Positions 57,903-64,000 of a stretch of 64,000 nucleotides of DNA are shown here, piece by piece (the first letter of the stretch is position 1; every line of letters starts with the position of its first letter). The notes under the pieces are model-generated. The model searched no databases, had not been told where the DNA came from, and saw only the letters and a program-made list of their open reading frames with translations. The position numbers and the translations under genes were made by a program. Location of the stretch: NCBI GenBank assembly GCA_002353815.1, contig DEKK01000012.1, positions 117,154-181,153 on the forward strand, read 5' to 3'. Source of the stretch: Bifidobacteriaceae bacterium UBA2724 (GTDB taxonomy: Bacteria > Actinomycetota > Actinomycetes > Actinomycetales > Bifidobacteriaceae).

Positions 57903-59837
57903 TCATGGCCCTCCTTCCCTTTCGATTCCATGCGCCCGTCCAGCGCCATGCGCCTGTCCAGCACCGTGCGTCCGTCCAGCGCCATGTGCCTGACGCGGGG
58001 TGCGCGCACGGACGGGAGGCCTGGGGTCGTGGAACACGATGCGGATGGTCTCGCGCCACCACGCCGCCATACGCCACGCCGCCATCGTCACCGCGCCGAT
58101 GACGCGCGGACGGTCGCCGTCGGATGCCCCGGCCACTATCCCGCCGCGGCCCGCGAGCACCGACACGAGGTCATGGACGAGCACGACGCCCGCGACGAGC
58201 AGAATCTCGCACATCACGGCCAGTGCCGCGCCCCGCCATCCCGCTGGCCAGGCGCAGACAGACGACGCGGACCCGAACCACCGGGCGCACCGCTCCATGA
58301 GCGACGTGCATGCCGCCGCCAGCCATGCGAACGCATATCCCGCCGTCGGCGACGCCCAACTGACCGCGAGCGCCGCCAGCCCGCAGAGAGTGCCCAGTTC
58401 GACCAGCGGCGCCACCATGACGTTCGACAGAGGCGAAAGCACAGGCACGCCGTTGCCCAGCATGACCTGGACGGGCAACGAGAACGCCTGTGCGGCCACG
58501 GTGACCGCGAAAGGCGCCGCAACGATCCTGGGCATCAGCCTGCCCAACGCCGCCTCGACCACCGGGGCGAGCACGACGATTCCAGCCACCGACAGCGTCG
58601 AGAGCGCGAACCCGTAGCTCTGCGACAGCCCGGGACGCACCACGAGGCACAGCATGACGGTCCAGCACAGCGCGCTCATCGCCTGCGTGCGCCGACCGAG
58701 CGAAAGGCACACCGCCCCCAGGCTTCCCATGGCTGCGGCGCGTATCACGGAATCCGAAGGATACATGATCTGCGTCAGCAGCCAATTCGTTGCAAGGATC
58801 GCACAGGCCGTCACGCGGCGGGGTGCGAGCCGCCGTCGCAGAAGCCAGCCGACACCGCCGGCGAGCAGCACGAAATGCCCTCCCGAGACCGCCATGAGAT
58901 GCATGATGCCTGCGTTGCGGAAACTGTCGGTCAGGGCATGGGCGTATGTGGACGAGAGCATGCTCTCATCCGCGAGCGCGTTGATGGACGTATCCTGCCC
59001 CATGACCCCCAGCGTGAGCCCCGGGACAAGCACCTGCCCCTGCGCCGACAGCCGCGCCGTGACGCCGATGAAGGAATCCTGCGCCCGGCAGACCAAACGC
59101 TGCCAGACTCCCGGCTCGCGCATCTGCCCCCAGCCGGTGCCTTCCAGCGACGGCGATCCCCGCGACGGCGGGCCCGTGGCCTCGATCCACGCGACGTCGT
59201 CGCCGAAGGCCGCCTGCTTCGCCGCGCCCCGTACCCAATATTCCCCGCCCTGCTGCATCGCGCAGGCCGTCCTGTCGGTCCACAGGCGCACCTGCGCATG
59301 CGATGGCTGCGCCACTCCCCGCGCCGCGACCCACAGCACCTCGGCCGACGCCGAGCACGTCGAGCCACGACGGACCGACGCCTGCAGCGGCGAGGTCACA
59401 CGCACGCCGAAGGTCGCCACGCCCGCACCGGATGCGACGAAGCGATTCACGGGATCGGCACGAGCACGGAACTGTGAGAACCCCACGGACACCATCATCA
59501 CCGACACCGCCGCCGCGAGCGCGCAGGCCAGTGCCGGCAGATGCCGCACAGGGGCGCCCGTGGCAAGACGCGACACGAACGCCATCGCCCCCATGACCAC
59601 GGGGATGGCGATGACGGAGAAAACGACCCCCGCCTTCATGCCTGCGGCCGACGCGGCCAGGCACGCGCCCCAAGAGCACAACGCCACGGGCACCATGCGG
59701 TAGTCGCGGTCGCCGCGCTCGCGCTCGCGATACCGGCGCGGGACGCCGCGGGAAGGCCTTCCGCCGCTTCCGGTCCGCGCGCCAGTCCCGGCACGTTCTG
59801 CAGCGCCTCCTGGGAATCTGCGCACATGCACGCTCAT
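57903..59837 (-). CDS. comEC: ComEC DNA-uptake channel (competence domain; no C-terminal metallo-beta-lactamase domain)
   Basis: LVPGLTLG, FRNAGIMHLMAVSGGH, SVIRAAAMG, SYGFALS, LSNVMVAP. ATGA overlap with comEA. Confidence 0.9.
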   Translation of the reverse strand: MSVHVRRFPGGAAERAGTGARTGSGGRPSRGVPRRYRERERGDRDYRMVPVALCSWGACLAASAAGMKAGVVFSVIAIPVVMGAMAFVSRLATGAPVRHLPALACALAAAVSVMMVSVGFSQFRARADPVNRFVASGAGVATFGVRVTSPLQASVRRGSTCSASAEVLWVAARGVAQPSHAQVRLWTDRTACAMQQGGEYWVRGAAKQAAFGDDVAWIEATGPPSRGSPSLEGTGWGQMREPGVWQRLVCRAQDSFIGVTARLSAQGQVLVPGLTLGVMGQDTSINALADESMLSSTYAHALTDSFRNAGIMHLMAVSGGHFVLLAGGVGWLLRRRLAPRRVTACAILATNWLLTQIMYPSDSVIRAAAMGSLGAVCLSLGRRTQAMSALCWTVMLCLVVRPGLSQSYGFALSTLSVAGIVVLAPVVEAALGRLMPRIVAAPFAVTVAAQAFSLPVQVMLGNGVPVLSPLSNVMVAPLVELGTLCGLAALAVSWASPTAGYAFAWLAAACTSLMERCARWFGSASSVCAWPAGWRGAALAVMCEILLVAGVVLVHDLVSVLAGRGGIVAGASDGDRPRVIGAVTMAAWRMAAWWRETIRIVFHDPRPPVRARTPRQAHGAGRTHGAGQAHGAGRAHGIEREGGP

Positions 59838-61195
59838 ACCGTCACCTCCCCTCGGATTCTCGCCAGCGTCTTCGCGCCGATGCCCGGCACATTGAGCAGT
59901 TCGTCCACCGACGAATACGGACCGTGCCGGGTACGGTAGTCGATGATTTTCTGCGCCGTCGCCGGTCCCACGCCCTTGATGGTCTGCAGCTGCTCGCTCG
60001 TCGCCGTGTTTATGTTGACAAGCGCCGGCTGCGCCGCCGCGGACGACGCCGGTGCGGCCGCCGTGGCCGTTCCCGCGGCATTTGGAGTCTGGGAACCGGA
60101 ATCCACTGCCGCTCCCGCACTCGGACCCATCGTGGCAGACACGGCACCGCTTGCCGACCCGCCCGACGAGGCGGCGCCGTTCCACGACGACCCTTCGCCC
60201 GCGATTGCCTCAAGCTTGTTTCCCTGTTGTACGAGCAGCGTGAGGCTGGCGCACAGTGCCACGACGAGCACGAAGATGATGGACGCGCACGCCCCTTGGG
60301 AAATCTCGAAGCGCGGCGCATCGCGGACCTCTCGCCTGCCGTCCGTCCGCGCTGGTCCGGCCGGCACATCCCGCGCTGTGCCGCGGAAGCCACGGTGCGG
60401 CTTCCCCATCGCATCGCCGTTGCCGTCTTCCACGTTCCATGGCGCTTCGGCAGCGCCACCGACAGCACCACCGACAGCGCCACCGCCGTCAGCATTCCAC
60501 GGCGCATCGCCCGCGACACCACTGGCATCCGCCCCCTCATCCCACGGCACATCGCCACTGCCATAGGCGGCATCATCGGCATCGCCGATATCGTCGGATC
60601 CATCGCTCCAGGCTTCTCGAGAAGCGCGTCGAACAGGGGAAGGTGCGGCACGCGTGGCGTCGATGGGCGTCAGAATGCCGTATCCCGCCCATGGGTCATC
60701 GTCCGTGGCTTCGCTACGCGCCGCCGGACCACGGGAGGGTCTCCGTCTCCCGGCCGCCGCGACCCGCCGAGGGATCCCTTCGTCTTCCTCCCCACCGACA
60801 TCCCACGGCTCTCCGGTCTGCGCCAGCGCACCGCTGCCCCACGCCTCCCCGCCGTGCACCACACTGCCATCCTGCGCGAAGTCCGAGTCCTCCAGTCCCA
60901 GCGCCGCGGCATCGGTGTCATGAGGATCCACGCCGCTCAGCATGGCGAGCATGCCGGAACCGCGATGACGCGCCCCCGGCGCACGCGCCAGGCGTTCCGC
61001 CGGCGGGCGGCGCATCGGAACGCACTGGCGCACCGTCTCGTCCACATGGCGCGCCGTCTCGTCCGCATGGCGCGCCGGCACGCGTCCGTGGCGCTTCCCC
61101 GCGCCACGCGCCACGGAACGCCGCACCCGGCCATGCTCCCGGCCGAGCGCGCCGCGGTCGCCAAGCCCTGCGTCATGTCGCTGATATCTGTGCAT
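59834..61195 (-). CDS. comEA: ComEA DNA receptor (TM helix + HhH domain) with a long disordered N-terminus
   Basis: VNINTATSEQLQTIKGVGPATAQKIIDYR...DELLNVPGIGAKT and one TM helix. Start 61195 chosen from the promoter alignment with yraN. Confidence 0.85.
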   Translation of the reverse strand: MHRYQRHDAGLGDRGALGREHGRVRRSVARGAGKRHGRVPARHADETARHVDETVRQCVPMRRPPAERLARAPGARHRGSGMLAMLSGVDPHDTDAAALGLEDSDFAQDGSVVHGGEAWGSGALAQTGEPWDVGGEEDEGIPRRVAAAGRRRPSRGPAARSEATDDDPWAGYGILTPIDATRAAPSPVRRASREAWSDGSDDIGDADDAAYGSGDVPWDEGADASGVAGDAPWNADGGGAVGGAVGGAAEAPWNVEDGNGDAMGKPHRGFRGTARDVPAGPARTDGRREVRDAPRFEISQGACASIIFVLVVALCASLTLLVQQGNKLEAIAGEGSSWNGAASSGGSASGAVSATMGPSAGAAVDSGSQTPNAAGTATAAAPASSAAAQPALVNINTATSEQLQTIKGVGPATAQKIIDYRTRHGPYSSVDELLNVPGIGAKTLARIRGEVTV

Positions 61196-61227
61196 GCCCC
61201 GATGATGGCACAGCGGCGATTCCCATC

Positions 61228-61358
61228 GGAACAATCGGCGAAAATGTGCGTCAGTGACACCGAAAACTGTGGATAACCCCCGAAAATCACGGTTTTGTGG
61301 ATAACCCACCTTCCGGCGAACGGTTTCGACAGGTTATCCACAGACACGGTTATCCACA
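61228..61358 (-). promoter_or_regulatory. Four perfect DnaA boxes plus the shared competence-promoter motif upstream of comEA
   Basis: TGTGGATAA at 61268-61276 and 61296-61304. TTATCCACA at 61334-61342 and 61350-61358. CGAAAATGTGC at 61239-61249. GGAAC at 61228-61232. Confidence 0.85.
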
Positions 61359-61423
61359 TTCCATCGCGTCTCGCTTCCCCGCGCACGCCAAAACACCCCG
61401 TGCCCCGCGCCCCTCGTCTCCGC

Positions 61424-61477
61424 ACAAAAGGGCCGTGCGGACCATCAGCGGGATTCCCGCTGCGGTTCGCACGGCCC
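61424..61477 (-). terminator. Intrinsic terminator downstream of leuS
   Basis: Long GC stem GGGCCGTGCG...CGCACGGCCC with inner CAGCGGG/CCCGCTG, followed by TTTTGT on the minus strand. Confidence 0.75.
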
Positions 61478-61567
61478 TGTCGGCAGTCCATGCGCCATGC
61501 CGGCGCCGGAGCATGCCCTCGTCAGCACGATGCCGACGCCCGCACCGTCACGGCACGCATCGTCGCA

Positions 61568-64000
<2,433 letters not shown>

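Noticed and set aside
61266-61360. Chromosomal origin (oriC)
   Set aside because: No dnaA, dnaN or gyrB nearby, no AT-rich unwinding element and only four boxes. Better read as a regulatory or titration cluster.

Overview
GC-rich (roughly two-thirds G+C) chromosomal backbone of an actinobacterium. Gene content and order point to the Bifidobacteriaceae (inference). I found no integrase, transposase, phage gene or cas gene. Left to right the window holds: mfd (partial)-pth-GNAT, a UPF0182 protein, the gluABCD glutamate ABC transporter, a PPK2 protein, a two-gene YhgE/Pip + TetR + SGNH-esterase operon, a K+ channel, yeiH + LysR, ychF, an SDR, proC, a proline iminopeptidase, a NarL-type two-component system with an ABC/FtsX exporter, metY, pdxK, yraN-comM(yifB)-dprA, sdhA-sdhB, a methyltransferase-like gene, a LOG protein, nhaA, two identical tRNA-Arg(ACG) genes, a repeat-bearing membrane protein, tsaD-rimI-tsaB-tsaE-holA-comEC-comEA and leuS (partial). 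The strongest unexplained signal is non-coding. The two natural-transformation operons, 21 kb apart and on opposite strands (yraN-comM-dprA and comEA-comEC-holA), share one composite promoter: clustered DnaA boxes, then GGGGTTRTCCACAG-N14/17-RCACATTTTCG-N6-GTTCC-N32-ATG, with identical spacing from RCACATTTTCG to the start codon. This suggests a DnaA-linked competence regulon. Candidate operators are also visible for the TetR, LysR and NarL-type regulators and upstream of metY. Other oddities are a single-chain double histidine kinase and an SdhB with a large repeat insertion.
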